The notes: a model not told the origin generated them from the letters alone. Counted from the first letter of the stretch, positions 7,118-17,991 are shown. The stretch is DNA of 64,000 bases from an uncultured Bacteroidales bacterium (GCA_964546655.1 CAZJKL010000005.1:8220-72219), one strand, 5' to 3'. Made by a program: numbers and translations.

Positions 7118-9733
7118 TTACAACTCACTTATAATTTTCACACTTAAATCAATAACTTTTTGAAGGTTTTCGGGTTTATTGCCACCCGCTGTTGCAAAAA
7201 ACTTTTGTCCACCGCCACCGCCTTGAATTTCTTTCGAAAGTTCTCTTATTAATTTTGAAGCATCTAAATTTTTAGATTCAACTAAATCATCGGTTATCAT
7301 TAATGTTAAAAGGGCTTTATCGTTTTGAACCGAACCTATTATCATAAATAAATTATTATATTCGGTCTTTAGGTCAAATGCTATTTTTTTCGAAATTTCA
7401 GCAGATAAATCAATTATTTTTCCAATAAACTTAATTCCGTTTATCTCTTTTATTTCACTAACTAAGCTGTTTTTAACATTAATTGATCTTTCGTTATTTA
7501 AAACTTTTATTTCTTTATTTAACTGATTATTTTCTTCAATTAAATTTTCGATAGTTTTTAAAGTGTTTTTCGTGTTTAAAACCAACTGAATATTTTCTAA
7601 TTCATCTAATTTCGAATTTATATATTCATAAGCATTATTGTTAGTTACAGCTTCAATTCTTCTTATTCCTGCAGCAACACTCGATTCTGAAATTATTTTA
7701 ATTAATCCTATTTGTGAAATATTTTTAACATGAATTCCACCACAAAACTCAACCGAATAATTATCGCCAACAGATATAACTCGAACTTCGTTACCATATT
7801 TTTCGCCAAACAAAGCTATTGCTCCCATTTTTTGAGCTTCTTCAATTTTAATTGCTCTATGTTCGTTAACAATTAAACCTTCTCTAATCTTTAAATTAAT
7901 TAAGTTCTCGATTTGTTTAATTTCTTCATTCGACAATTTTTGATAATGTGAAAAGTCGAATCTTAAATTTTCTTCATTAACTAATGAACCTTTTTGCTCA
8001 ACATGAGTTCCTAAAATTGCTCTTAAAGCATTGTGTAACAAATGTGTAGCTGTATGGTTTGATGAAATATAATTTCGGTTTTTTTTATTTACTTTTAGAA
8101 TTATATTTTTTGTATCTGTTGGTATTTTTTCTGAATAATGGACAATTAAATTATTTTCTTTTTTAGTATCAAAAATAACAATTTCTTCATTTTCTGAAAT
8201 TAATAACCCCTTATCTCCTACTTGACCACCACCTTCGGGATAAAAAGGTGTTTTATCAAAAACAATCTGACAATAATTTTTCTTTTTATCACTAATATTT
8301 CTGTATTTTAAAATCGACGACTTGTATTCATCATAGTCGTATCCAATAAAAACACTTTCGTTTGTATCACTTACAATTACCCAATCTTCGGCATCAACAA
8401 CCGAAGCATTTTTAGATCTTTGTTTTTGCTCTTCAAGTTTTTCTTCAAAAACCTTCATATCAACAGTCCAATTATTTTCTTTCGCTAACAATTGAGTTAA
8501 ATCAATAGGAAATCCGTAAGTATCATAAAGTTCGAAAGCAAAAACACCATCAATAACCGATTTAGTTTTATTGTTTCTTAAATAAATATCAAATTTTTGA
8601 ATTCCGCTATCTAAAGTTTTTAAGAATGTTGTTTCTTCTTCGAAAACAACTTTTGTTGCTAACTCCTGATATTTAACTAGTTCTGGGAAATAATCCCCCA
8701 TTTTTGAAACTAAAACCGGAATAAGTTTATACATAAAAGGCTCGTTAAAACCTAAAAAAGTATAACCATATCTAATAGCTCTTCTTAAAATTCTTCTGAT
8801 AATATAACCAGCTTTTACGTTTGAAGGTAACTGACCATCGCAAATTGCAAAAGTAACCGGTCTAATATGGTCCGAAATAACTCTAATTGCAATATCTTGT
8901 TTTTCGTTAATACCATATTTAACATTTGATATTTTGCAAATTTCATTGATAATAGTCTTAAATACGTCGGTATCATAATTCGATTTTTTGTTTTGCAAAA
9001 CCATACACAAACGCTCGAACCCCATTCCTGTATCAACATGTTTATTTGGCAAAGTAGCTAAACTACCATCTTTTAGTCTGTTATATTGAATAAAAACAAG
9101 GTTCCAAACTTCGATAACAAGAGGATTATCTTTATTAACCAAAGTAGCACCATCAATTAATTTTCGGTCTTTATCGTCTCTAATATCAACGTGAATTTCG
9201 GAACAAGGACCACAAGGACCTGTATCACCCATTTCCCAAAAATTATCTTTTTTATTTCCGTTAATAATTCTATCTTTATTTATTAGCTTTGCCCATTCAT
9301 CAAAAGCTTCGGTATCTCTGTCTAAATTTTCACTTTTATCACCTTCAAAAATAGTAATATATATTCTGTCTTTATCAATTTTACATTTTTCGGTTAAAAA
9401 TTCCCAAGCCCAATTAATAGCTTCTTTTTTAAAATAATCTCCAAACGACCAATTGCCAAGCATTTCAAATAAAGTATGATGATATGAATCGTGTCCAACT
9501 TCTTCTAAATCATTATGTTTACCCGAAACTCTTAAACATTTTTGAGTATTAGCAATTCGTGGTTCTTTAATAGGAACATTATCTAAAAAAATATCTTTAA
9601 ACTGGTTCATTCCAGCATTAACAAACATCAAAGTAGGGTCGTTTTTAATAACCAAAGGAGCTGAAGGAACAATTAAGTGATTTTTTTCTTTAAAAAAATC
9701 TAAAAACAAATCTCTAATAACGCTCGATTCCAT
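7118..9733 (-). CDS. alaS: alanine--tRNA ligase
   Basis: 871 aa with FEMLGNWSFGDYFK, VWNLVFIQYN, the editing-domain HTATHLLH block and a C-terminal GGGGG. Confidence 0.97.
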   Translation of the reverse strand: MESSVIRDLFLDFFKEKNHLIVPSAPLVIKNDPTLMFVNAGMNQFKDIFLDNVPIKEPRIANTQKCLRVSGKHNDLEEVGHDSYHHTLFEMLGNWSFGDYFKKEAINWAWEFLTEKCKIDKDRIYITIFEGDKSENLDRDTEAFDEWAKLINKDRIINGNKKDNFWEMGDTGPCGPCSEIHVDIRDDKDRKLIDGATLVNKDNPLVIEVWNLVFIQYNRLKDGSLATLPNKHVDTGMGFERLCMVLQNKKSNYDTDVFKTIINEICKISNVKYGINEKQDIAIRVISDHIRPVTFAICDGQLPSNVKAGYIIRRILRRAIRYGYTFLGFNEPFMYKLIPVLVSKMGDYFPELVKYQELATKVVFEEETTFLKTLDSGIQKFDIYLRNNKTKSVIDGVFAFELYDTYGFPIDLTQLLAKENNWTVDMKVFEEKLEEQKQRSKNASVVDAEDWVIVSDTNESVFIGYDYDEYKSSILKYRNISDKKKNYCQIVFDKTPFYPEGGGQVGDKGLLISENEEIVIFDTKKENNLIVHYSEKIPTDTKNIILKVNKKNRNYISSNHTATHLLHNALRAILGTHVEQKGSLVNEENLRFDFSHYQKLSNEEIKQIENLINLKIREGLIVNEHRAIKIEEAQKMGAIALFGEKYGNEVRVISVGDNYSVEFCGGIHVKNISQIGLIKIISESSVAAGIRRIEAVTNNNAYEYINSKLDELENIQLVLNTKNTLKTIENLIEENNQLNKEIKVLNNERSINVKNSLVSEIKEINGIKFIGKIIDLSAEISKKIAFDLKTEYNNLFMIIGSVQNDKALLTLMITDDLVESKNLDASKLIRELSKEIQGGGGGQKFFATAGGNKPENLQKVIDLSVKIISEL

Positions 9734-9775
9734 ATAAATTTACTATGTTTCAAAAATTAAAAATTCTAAAAAAGG

Positions 9776-9783
9776 CAAAGTTA
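9776..9783 (-). promoter_or_regulatory. candidate -7 box (TAACTTTG on minus strand)
   Basis: The plus strand reads CAAAGTTA, 43 nt upstream of the alaS start. Confidence 0.35.
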
Positions 9784-9798
9784 ATTAATTTATTTACT

Positions 9799-9806
9799 TA
9801 AATTTG
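9799..9806 (+). promoter_or_regulatory. candidate -7 box TAAATTTG
   Basis: Lies 39 nt upstream of the ATG at 9846, in a divergent arrangement with the alaS promoter. Confidence 0.4.
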
Positions 9807-9845
9807 CAAAAATTAATTAGATAATTAGATAAAGTAAAAATTTTA

Positions 9846-10820
9846 ATGGGGAGAAAAATTAATTATAAATTTAATCCAGAAACTCTATCGTACCATAAAA
9901 TAGAGCATACAATTAAGCATAAGCTAGCAATTGCATTAAAATATCTTGCCACAGGTTTAGTTTTCGCAGTAATTATCACAATAATAGGTTGGACTTTTAT
10001 AAACTCACCTAAAGAGAAAATGCTGAAACGCGAAATAAGCGAACTTAAAATGCAATACAGTATTTTAAATGATAGACTTGATGAGATAACAAATGTCTTA
10101 GAGGTTGTTCAAGATAGAGATGATAATATTTACCGAATAATTTTCGAAGCAGATCCTATTCCTACAAATATTAGAAAATCAGGATTGGGTGGAGAAAATA
10201 GATATGCTAAATTTCAAGGATTTAATAATTCTGAGTTGATTGTAAACACAACAAAAAAATTAGATCAATTATCAAAACAAATTTATATTCAATCTAAATC
10301 TTATGATACAATTTTGCTTTTAGCTAAAAATAAGCAAAATATGTTAGCTTCTATCCCAGCTATACAGCCAATTTCTAACGGAAAGTTAAAACGAATTGCT
10401 TCGGGTTTTGGTTGGAGAATTCATCCTATTTATAAAAAAAGAATGTTTCACACTGGCCTAGATTTTACCGCTCCTATTGGAACAAAAATTTATTCAACTG
10501 GCAATGGTGTAGTTAGATTAACTCAAAATTCAAAAAGAGGCTACGGAAACCATGTTATTGTTGACCATGGTTATAGATACAAAACACTTTATGCTCACAT
10601 GAGTAAGATTACCGTAAATCCCGGCCAAAAAATTCATCGTGGAGATGTTATTGGGTATGTTGGAAACTCTGGAACTTCAACTGGTCCGCATTTGCATTAT
10701 GAGGTATGGAAAAATAACGTTAAAATTAATCCAATTAACTTCTTCTTCGAAGACTTAACACCTGCTGAATACGAACAAGTTATTGAATTGTCATCAAAAG
10801 CTAATCAAACCTTTGATTAA
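9846..10820 (+). CDS. M23 family metallopeptidase
   Basis: 324 aa with an N-terminal TM segment, HTGLDF and GNSGTSTGPHLHYEV zinc-site motifs. Confidence 0.88.
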   Translation: MGRKINYKFNPETLSYHKIEHTIKHKLAIALKYLATGLVFAVIITIIGWTFINSPKEKMLKREISELKMQYSILNDRLDEITNVLEVVQDRDDNIYRIIFEADPIPTNIRKSGLGGENRYAKFQGFNNSELIVNTTKKLDQLSKQIYIQSKSYDTILLLAKNKQNMLASIPAIQPISNGKLKRIASGFGWRIHPIYKKRMFHTGLDFTAPIGTKIYSTGNGVVRLTQNSKRGYGNHVIVDHGYRYKTLYAHMSKITVNPGQKIHRGDVIGYVGNSGTSTGPHLHYEVWKNNVKINPINFFFEDLTPAEYEQVIELSSKANQTFD

Positions 10821-10831
10821 TACTAATATTT

Positions 10832-11164
10832 ATGTTTGAATTTGATAATAATAAACTATATTATTCCATTTCAGAAGTAGCAAAACACTACGATGTTAAT
10901 ACTTCTTTAATTCGCTTTTGGGAAAAAGAATTTGATGGTTTTTTAAACTTAAAAAAGAATAATAAAGGAAATAGATTTTTCACCAAAGAAAACTTAACTA
11001 TTTTCGACTTAATTTATACCCTTATAAAAGAAAAAGGTTATACTATTGAAGGAGCTAAAAAGAAATTAAAAGACGAACAAAAAGGCACCCTTGATAAAGA
11101 AGAAATTATTAAGTCACTTAAAGAGATTAGAGAGTTTTTAATTGAACTAAAAAAAGAAATATAA
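10832..11164 (+). CDS. MerR family transcriptional regulator
   Basis: 110 aa with N-terminal HTH YSISEVAKHYDVNTSLIRFWEKEF and a C-terminal coiled coil. No C-terminal Cys sensor cluster. Confidence 0.75.
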   Translation: MFEFDNNKLYYSISEVAKHYDVNTSLIRFWEKEFDGFLNLKKNNKGNRFFTKENLTIFDLIYTLIKEKGYTIEGAKKKLKDEQKGTLDKEEIIKSLKEIREFLIELKKEI

Positions 11165-11174
11165 AATACTCATT

Positions 11175-11708
11175 ATGAAAAACTTAATGGTATTTAGTTC
11201 AAGCAATAGTAAAGCTTCAATTAATGCAAAATTAGTAAAATATTCAACAACATTTTTAAAGAACTCAAATCATAGTTATATTAATATAAACGACTATGAA
11301 ACAACAATTTATAGCATTGACAAAGAAATTGAGCAAGGCATTCCAAAAGAAATAGTTGAATTTAAAAAATTAATTGATAATTGTGATGGAATTATTATTT
11401 CATTAGCCGAACATAATAGCTCTTTTACTGTTATCTTTAAAAACATAATAGACTGGTTATCAAGAATAAACTATAAATTCTTAGCTAATAAAAAACTTTT
11501 ACTTTTAAGCACTTCGCCAGGTAAATATGGCGGAAAAAATGTGATGCAATATGCTTCGGATTTATTTCCGAAATTTAATGCAGAAATTGTAAACACCTTT
11601 TCATTACCATCTTTTCAAGATAATTTTAATGATGAAAACGGAATTATTAATGAAGATTTGAAAAATGATTTTATAAAAATTATTACTGATTTTGAAAAAA
11701 AATTATAA
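11175..11708 (+). CDS. NAD(P)H-dependent FMN reductase-like oxidoreductase
   Basis: 177 aa with a flavodoxin-like pattern: MVFSSSNSKASIN, and LAEHNSS followed by a distal SPG. Confidence 0.65.
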   Translation: MKNLMVFSSSNSKASINAKLVKYSTTFLKNSNHSYININDYETTIYSIDKEIEQGIPKEIVEFKKLIDNCDGIIISLAEHNSSFTVIFKNIIDWLSRINYKFLANKKLLLLSTSPGKYGGKNVMQYASDLFPKFNAEIVNTFSLPSFQDNFNDENGIINEDLKNDFIKIITDFEKKL

Positions 11709-11713
11709 TTGAA

Positions 11714-12346
11714 ATGTTCGAAGAATACGATATTTTATACAAGTCAATTAAAAAAGAGATTGACAATAGACTTAAAGACTTTGATAAAATAAAAAGCAAA
11801 CACAATTGGCATCAAATATATATAGAATTATGTTTTTGTGTTTTAACCCCACAATCAAAGGCTGTAAATGCTTGGAAAGCTATTGAAACTTTAGTTGAAA
11901 ACGACTTATTGTTTAAGGGAAATGCCGAACAAATTTCGGAATATTTAAACATCGTAAGATTTAAAAATAATAAAGCAAAATACTTAGTTAATTTAAGAGA
12001 TAAATATTACAATAACACCGATATTATTGATGTTCTTTATTCAAATAAAAGTATTTATGAAATTAGAGAATGGCTTATTGACAATATACAAGGCTATGGA
12101 AGAAAAGAAGCAAGTCATTTTTTGAGAAATATTGGGTTTTATGAAGATATTGCAATTTTAGACCGCCATATTCTTAAAAACTTAAACAAACTTAATGTAA
12201 TTAGCGAAATTCCTAAGTCAATTACAAAAAATTATTATTTAGAAACTGAAAAGAAAATGAAGGTATTTTCTGATAAAATAAATATTCCTATTTCACATTT
12301 AGATTTTTTATTTTGGTATAAAGAAGCTAAGAAAATTTTTAAATAA
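11714..12346 (+). CDS. N-glycosylase/DNA lyase (archaeal-type Ogg2-like, HhH-GPD)
   Basis: 210 aa. The helix-hairpin-helix block GYGRKEASHFLRNIG followed by AILDRHI matches the Ogg2 family. Confidence 0.65.
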   Translation: MFEEYDILYKSIKKEIDNRLKDFDKIKSKHNWHQIYIELCFCVLTPQSKAVNAWKAIETLVENDLLFKGNAEQISEYLNIVRFKNNKAKYLVNLRDKYYNNTDIIDVLYSNKSIYEIREWLIDNIQGYGRKEASHFLRNIGFYEDIAILDRHILKNLNKLNVISEIPKSITKNYYLETEKKMKVFSDKINIPISHLDFLFWYKEAKKIFK

Positions 12347-12347
12347 A

Positions 12348-13058
12348 ATGCAAAAAATTGACACTTTGGGCCAAGCCCTTATTGATTATTATAATAATGA
12401 AATTAAAGGAGATGTAATTGTTAATTGTTCGGTTGCAGAGCCAGAAATATTCCCTGTAGAATACTTCTTTAGAGAACATAAAGATTTAACAAAATTAGAA
12501 AAAAAAGCCATTAAATTATGTAAGGGTAAAACTCTTGATATTGGTGCCGGAACAGGCTGTCATACTTTAATTTTAAAAGATTTAGGTTTTGATGTTAATG
12601 CTCTTGATATATCACAAGAGATGATTGATTTGATGAAAAAGAGAAATATTAACGCCATTAAATCTGATATTTTTGAATATAATTCTGATAAATATGACAC
12701 ATTGCTAATGTTAATGAATGGATTAGGAATGGTAAAAACTATTAGTGGTTTAAATAAATTTTTGAAATACGTTAAGAAAAATTTATTAAACAAAGAAGGT
12801 CAAATAATTTTAAATTCAACCGATTTAAAATATGCTTTTTTAGAAGAAGACGGTTCTTTTTGCATTAATTTAAACGAGAAATACTACGGCGAAATAGTTT
12901 ATCAAATTGAGTATAATAATGAGAAAGGAAGCAAGTTTAAATGGCTTTATATTGATTTTGACACTTTGAGTTATTATGCCAATATTAATGGATTTGAAGC
13001 AAAAAAAATATTAGAAGAAGACGAATATTCTTATTTGGCAGTATTAAAAGCAGTTTAA
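12348..13058 (+). CDS. class I SAM-dependent methyltransferase
   Basis: 236 aa with SAM motif I, LDIGAGTGCH. Starts 1 nt after the preceding gene. Confidence 0.78.
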   Translation: MQKIDTLGQALIDYYNNEIKGDVIVNCSVAEPEIFPVEYFFREHKDLTKLEKKAIKLCKGKTLDIGAGTGCHTLILKDLGFDVNALDISQEMIDLMKKRNINAIKSDIFEYNSDKYDTLLMLMNGLGMVKTISGLNKFLKYVKKNLLNKEGQIILNSTDLKYAFLEEDGSFCINLNEKYYGEIVYQIEYNNEKGSKFKWLYIDFDTLSYYANINGFEAKKILEEDEYSYLAVLKAV

Positions 13059-13059
13059 T

Positions 13060-13986
13060 TTAGTTGAAAATACTCAATGCTACTGGGTTTGCTATAACTC
13101 CAAGTCGGTAAATATAAATAGATTCGTCGAAAAATAAATTATAATAATCGGCACCATAATAAAATTCGAAGAACACAAAATAATCCATCTTTTTTAACGG
13201 TCTAACCGAAAGATTTAAATTAACATTATAGGTTTTACCTTGTTTTAGTCTGTCAAGTGTAAAATTTTCAAATAATATACACGCTTTTGCTGTTAAATGA
13301 ATATCTAATGGTGAATTATTGAATGCATAAGTATCTGTTTTAGGACCTTTCCAATATTTATAATAATTATTAAAAACATGAACTTCCATTCCGGCCTGTA
13401 TATTATCAAATCTATCTTTTAAAGCATCTTCCATCTCATTTGGCATATAATATCTAGCCCAATATTTATAGCAAACCGACCATAATGTATTCTTTTTCAA
13501 TGTAATAGGTCTGGCTTTATTATAACTAACATCAATAAACATTGTATTAAACTTACCTGTTTGATAATTTATAGTACTATCTTCATTTAAAAATGGGTCA
13601 CTCATTGCATTTGTAATATAACCCGGTTTAAATTCATAATATCTCACTTTAAAATTCTTTTTTGTGAAAAGGCGGTAATAAACTGAAACATCGGGGCAAA
13701 AAGTTGGGCTTAAGGTTCTGAAATTATTTTCGAAATACATTCTTAAATAAGCTCTTGGATGAAAAGCCAAAGCAACCCTTTTATCTGCACCAAAACGGAA
13801 ATAAAAATCATTAACAACCTTCATTTCTATCGGATTGTTATTTAAATTATCATCTATATTATATAGAGAAACAAAACTTTTATCATTAGTTGCTTTAATA
13901 GCTTCGTTATGAGATATTTGACTCAACAAAGTTAAAGGCGTAGAAAATAAAATAATGTATAAAAATATTTCTTGTAAAAATTTCAA
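13060..13986 (-). CDS. hypothetical secreted/outer-membrane protein
   Basis: 308-aa ORF with an apparent TTG start and a hydrophobic signal-like N-terminus. Aromatic-rich, with alternating beta-like segments. No catalytic motif recognised. Confidence 0.4.
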   Translation of the reverse strand: MKFLQEIFLYIILFSTPLTLLSQISHNEAIKATNDKSFVSLYNIDDNLNNNPIEMKVVNDFYFRFGADKRVALAFHPRAYLRMYFENNFRTLSPTFCPDVSVYYRLFTKKNFKVRYYEFKPGYITNAMSDPFLNEDSTINYQTGKFNTMFIDVSYNKARPITLKKNTLWSVCYKYWARYYMPNEMEDALKDRFDNIQAGMEVHVFNNYYKYWKGPKTDTYAFNNSPLDIHLTAKACILFENFTLDRLKQGKTYNVNLNLSVRPLKKMDYFVFFEFYYGADYYNLFFDESIYIYRLGVIANPVALSIFN

Positions 13987-14094
13987 AATAAAAAATTTAA
14001 AATAAAATCTAATATATAAATAATAGTTAAATGAGAGTTTAATTTTAATATAAAAACTATGAATTACTTAATAAAATTTAAATTTTATGACATA

Positions 14095-14146
14095 TTGACA
14101 CACAGTTTCTGACAAATAAAATATAAGAACAATAAAAATGTGTCAA
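14095..14146. promoter_or_regulatory. inverted repeat TTGACACA-N36-TGTGTCAA upstream of dnaK
   Basis: Perfect 8-bp inverted repeat with a third TGACA at 14111-14115. Ends 19 nt upstream of the candidate dnaK -7 box. Confidence 0.3.
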
Positions 14147-14164
14147 AATTTCAACAAAACAACA

Positions 14165-14172
14165 TACATTTG
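14165..14172 (+). promoter_or_regulatory. candidate -7 box TACATTTG
   Basis: TAnnTTTG match 70 nt upstream of the dnaK ATG. Confidence 0.4.
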
Positions 14173-14241
14173 CATTGGCATAATGATTGAAAAGCACGGT
14201 TTCGAAATTCATTAAATACTAATCATTAAATAACTAAGAAA

Positions 14242-16176
14242 ATGAGTAAAATTATAGGAATCGATCTTGGCACAACTAATTCATGTGTTTCTGTAATGGA
14301 AGGAAATGAGCCTGTTGTTATACCTAATAGCGAAGGAAGAAGAACTACACCATCTATTGTAGCATTTATTGATGGCGGCGAAAGAAAAGTTGGTGATCCT
14401 GCTAAAAGACAAGCTATTACAAACCCAAAAAGAACAGTTTCATCAATAAAAAGATTTATGGGTGAAGCTTATGATAAGGTAGCTACCGAAATATCGAGAG
14501 TTACATATAGTGTTGTTAAAGGCGACAATAATACAACAAGAGTTGTTATTGATGATCGTAAATATACTCCACAAGAAATTTCGGCTATTATTTTACAAAA
14601 AATGAAAAAAACAGCTGAAGACTATTTAGGACAAGAAGTTAAAGAAGCTGTTATTACAGTTCCTGCTTATTTTAATGATTCTCAAAGACAAGCTACTTTA
14701 GAAGCTGGAGAAATTGCAGGTTTAAAAGTTAGAAGAATTATAAACGAGCCTACTGCTGCTGCATTAGCTTATGGTTTAGATAAAAAACATAAAGATCAAA
14801 AAATTGCTGTTTTCGATTTAGGTGGTGGTACTTTTGATATCTCAGTTTTAGAACTTGGAGATGGTGTTTTTGAAGTAAAATCAACTAACGGAGATACTCA
14901 TTTAGGTGGTGATGATTTTGACCAAGTTATTATTGACTGGCTTGCAGAAGAATTTAAAAAAGATGAAAACATTGATTTACGTAAAGACCCAATGGCTTTA
15001 CAAAGATTAAAAGAAGCTGCTGAAAAAGCTAAAATTGAATTATCAAGTTCAAATGCTACTGAAATTAATTTACCTTATATAATGCCAGTAGATGGTATTC
15101 CAAAACATCTTGTTAGAAATTTATCAAAAGCTAAATTTGAACAATTAGCTGATTCTTTAATTCAAAGAACTCTTGCTCCTTGCCAAAAAGCTTTAAAAGA
15201 CGCTGGTTTATCTGCATCAGAAATTGATGAAGTTATATTAGTTGGTGGTTCAACAAGAATACCTGCTATTCAAGAAATAGTTAAAAAGTTTTTCGGTAAA
15301 GAACCTTCAAAAGGAGTTAACCCAGACGAAGTTGTTGCTGTTGGTGCTGCTATTCAAGGTGGTGTTTTAACTGGTGAAGTAAAAGATGTATTATTATTAG
15401 ATGTTACTCCTCTTTCTTTAGGTATTGAAACTTTAGGTGGTGTTACAACTAAATTAATTGAATCTAATACAACTATACCAACTAAAAAAACCGAAACATT
15501 CTCTACTGCTGCCGACAATCAATCTTCTGTTGAAATACATGTATTACAAGGAGAAAGATCAATGGCGAAAGATAATAAAACCATAGGTAGATTCCATTTA
15601 GATGGTATTCCACCAGCACAAAGAGGTATTCCTAAAATTGAAGTTACTTTTGATATTGATGCTAATGGTGTTTTAAATGTTTCTGCAAAAGATCAAGGAA
15701 CAGGAAAATCACAACAAATTAGAATCGAAGCTTCTTCTGGTTTAACTGACGAGGATATTAAGAAAATGAAAGCCGAAGCAGAAGCTAATGCAGAAGCAGA
15801 TAAAAAAGCTAAAGAAGTTATTGATAAAATAAATGCGGCTGACCAAGTTATATTCCAAACAGAAAAACAATTAAAAGAATATGGCGATAAATTACCTGCT
15901 GACAAAAAAGCTCCTATCGAAGATGCTTTAAACAGATTAAAAGAAGCTCATAAAGCTCAAGACATTGAAAAAATTGATTCTATAATGAATGAAATGAATA
16001 CAATGTGGCAAAATGCTTCTCAAGAAATGTATGCTCAACAGCAACAACAACCTCAATCTGAACCTGAAAACAATGCTAATAATACTCAAAATGGCAAATC
16101 TTCAGATGATGATGCAGTTTCTGATGTTGACTTCGAAGAAGTAAAAGATGAATCTAAAGATACTGAGAAAAAATAA
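14242..16176 (+). CDS. dnaK: molecular chaperone DnaK (Hsp70)
   Basis: 644 aa with [17 protein letters not shown] and [11 protein letters not shown] signatures and an acidic Q/E-rich tail. Confidence 0.98.
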   Translation: MSKIIGIDLGTTNSCVSVMEGNEPVVIPNSEGRRTTPSIVAFIDGGERKVGDPAKRQAITNPKRTVSSIKRFMGEAYDKVATEISRVTYSVVKGDNNTTRVVIDDRKYTPQEISAIILQKMKKTAEDYLGQEVKEAVITVPAYFNDSQRQATLEAGEIAGLKVRRIINEPTAAALAYGLDKKHKDQKIAVFDLGGGTFDISVLELGDGVFEVKSTNGDTHLGGDDFDQVIIDWLAEEFKKDENIDLRKDPMALQRLKEAAEKAKIELSSSNATEINLPYIMPVDGIPKHLVRNLSKAKFEQLADSLIQRTLAPCQKALKDAGLSASEIDEVILVGGSTRIPAIQEIVKKFFGKEPSKGVNPDEVVAVGAAIQGGVLTGEVKDVLLLDVTPLSLGIETLGGVTTKLIESNTTIPTKKTETFSTAADNQSSVEIHVLQGERSMAKDNKTIGRFHLDGIPPAQRGIPKIEVTFDIDANGVLNVSAKDQGTGKSQQIRIEASSGLTDEDIKKMKAEAEANAEADKKAKEVIDKINAADQVIFQTEKQLKEYGDKLPADKKAPIEDALNRLKEAHKAQDIEKIDSIMNEMNTMWQNASQEMYAQQQQQPQSEPENNANNTQNGKSSDDDAVSDVDFEEVKDESKDTEKK

Positions 16177-16197
16177 ATCTTAATTTATGTCTATAAA

Positions 16198-16227
16198 AAA
16201 GCGATCATTTTTTGGTCGCTTTTTTTA
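16198..16227 (+). terminator. rho-independent terminator of dnaK
   Basis: Stem agcgatca/tggtcgct followed by a T7 run, 22 nt after the stop codon. Confidence 0.75.
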
Positions 16228-16446
16228 TTTAAAGAAGGCAATGATTTTTCTAACTCTTTTTGCTTTAAAAAACATTAACTTACAGCATTCTAAAATACAA
16301 GAATAACTACAAAAAGGCCTACTAGATCTTGAATATTGTTCCCATAAACGACAGCTAAATGCATAAAAATACTATATTTAACACATTCAATATTTGTGAG
16401 AATAGAAGGATTTTTTATTTTTAATTAGTAATTAGTATTTTATTCT

Positions 16447-16454
16447 TATTTTTG
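16447..16454 (+). promoter_or_regulatory. candidate -7 box TATTTTTG
   Basis: Lies 25 nt upstream of the glyQS ATG. Confidence 0.45.
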
Positions 16455-16479
16455 CAAAAACAATTTAAAAAAGTTAACA

Positions 16480-17991
16480 ATGTCAGAAGAGGTTTTTAAG
16501 AAAATTATTGCTCATTCTAAAGAGTATGGTTTTATATTTCAATCAAGTGAAATTTATGATGGTCTTAGTGCTGTTTATGATTATGGCCAAAATGGAGTTG
16601 AATTAAAACGAAATATTAAAGAATATTGGTGGAAGTCAATGGTGCAGTTTAACGACAATATTGTTGGAATTGATTCTGCTATTTTTATGCACCCTACTGT
16701 TTGGAAGGCTTCTGGTCACGTTGATGCTTTTAATGACCCTTTAATTGATAATAAAGATTCGAAAAAAAGATATAGAGCTGACGTTTTAATCGAAGATCAT
16801 ATTCAAAAAATTGAACAAAAAATTGAGAAAGAAGTAACTAAAGCTGCTTCTCGTTTTGGCGAAAGCTTCGACAAACAAAAATTTATTGAAACTAATCAAA
16901 GAGTTGTAGAATATAACAATAAAATTAATGATATAACTAATCGATTTGCTAATTCAATGAATTCTGGTAACCTTAACGATATCAGAGACTTAATTATTGA
17001 ATTAGAAATTGTTTGTCCTGTTTCTGGTTCAAAAAATTGGACAGATGTTCGTCAATTTAATTTAATGTTTTCAACTAGTATGGGATCGGTTAGCGAAGAT
17101 TCTAATACTATTTATTTAAGACCTGAAACGGCACAAGGTATTTTTGTAAATTACTTAAATGTACAAAAAACCGGAAGAATGAAAATTCCTTTTGGTATTG
17201 CTCAAATAGGTAAGGCTTTTAGAAATGAGATTGTTGCACGACAATTTATTTTTAGAATGCGTGAATTTGAACAAATGGAAATGCAATTTTTTGTTAAACC
17301 TGGCGAAGAGCTTAAGTGGTACGAACACTGGAAAGAAGAAAGAATGAAGTGGCATCTTTCATTAGGTATTCCTGAAAATAAATACAGATTTCATGATCAC
17401 GATAAATTAGCTCATTATGCTAATGCTGCTTGTGATATCGAATTTAATTTCCCTTTCGGATTTAAAGAATTAGAAGGTATTCATTCAAGAACCGATTTTG
17501 ATTTAAATGCACATCAAAAATTTTCAGGTAAAAAAATTCAGTATTTTGATTCTGAAATGAATGAAAACTATACGCCTTATGTTGTTGAAACTTCGATAGG
17601 TCTAGACAGAACATTTTTGGCTATTTTAAGTAATTCGTATAATGAAGAAACTCTTGAAGACGGAAGCACAAGAGTTGTTCTTAATATACCTCCTATCCTA
17701 TCCCCTTGTAAATTAGGTATTTTACCTTTAATGAAAAAAGATGGTTTACCTGAAATAGGTTTGGATATTTTTAATAATTTGAAAAAATATTTCCATTGTC
17801 AATACGAAGATAAAGATTCTATTGGTAAAAGATACCGAAGACATGATGCGATTGGAACTCCTTATTGCATAACTATTGACCATGATACAATTTCTGACAA
17901 CAAAGTAACAATTCGTGAAAGAGATACAATGAAGCAAGAAAGAATTAATATTAGCGATATCAGAGAAATTATTGAAAAAAGACTATCTTAA
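16480..17991 (+). CDS. glyQS: glycine--tRNA ligase (dimeric class II)
   Basis: 503 aa with YLRPETAQGIFVNY, FRNE and SIGLDR motifs and a C-terminal anticodon-binding domain. Confidence 0.95.
   Translation: MSEEVFKKIIAHSKEYGFIFQSSEIYDGLSAVYDYGQNGVELKRNIKEYWWKSMVQFNDNIVGIDSAIFMHPTVWKASGHVDAFNDPLIDNKDSKKRYRADVLIEDHIQKIEQKIEKEVTKAASRFGESFDKQKFIETNQRVVEYNNKINDITNRFANSMNSGNLNDIRDLIIELEIVCPVSGSKNWTDVRQFNLMFSTSMGSVSEDSNTIYLRPETAQGIFVNYLNVQKTGRMKIPFGIAQIGKAFRNEIVARQFIFRMREFEQMEMQFFVKPGEELKWYEHWKEERMKWHLSLGIPENKYRFHDHDKLAHYANAACDIEFNFPFGFKELEGIHSRTDFDLNAHQKFSGKKIQYFDSEMNENYTPYVVETSIGLDRTFLAILSNSYNEETLEDGSTRVVLNIPPILSPCKLGILPLMKKDGLPEIGLDIFNNLKKYFHCQYEDKDSIGKRYRRHDAIGTPYCITIDHDTISDNKVTIRERDTMKQERINISDIREIIEKRLS

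Noticed and set aside
13060-13986. Possible outer-membrane phospholipase A (OMPLA).
   Set aside because: The C-terminal YYGADYYNLFF...RLGV faintly resembles the OMPLA C-terminus, but I cannot find the catalytic HxSNG motif. It is kept as hypothetical.
16229-16479. T-box or other leader upstream of glyQS.
   Set aside because: There is no specifier or T-box-like conserved stem, and the region is AT-rich and unstructured by eye. T-box leaders are not expected in this phylum.
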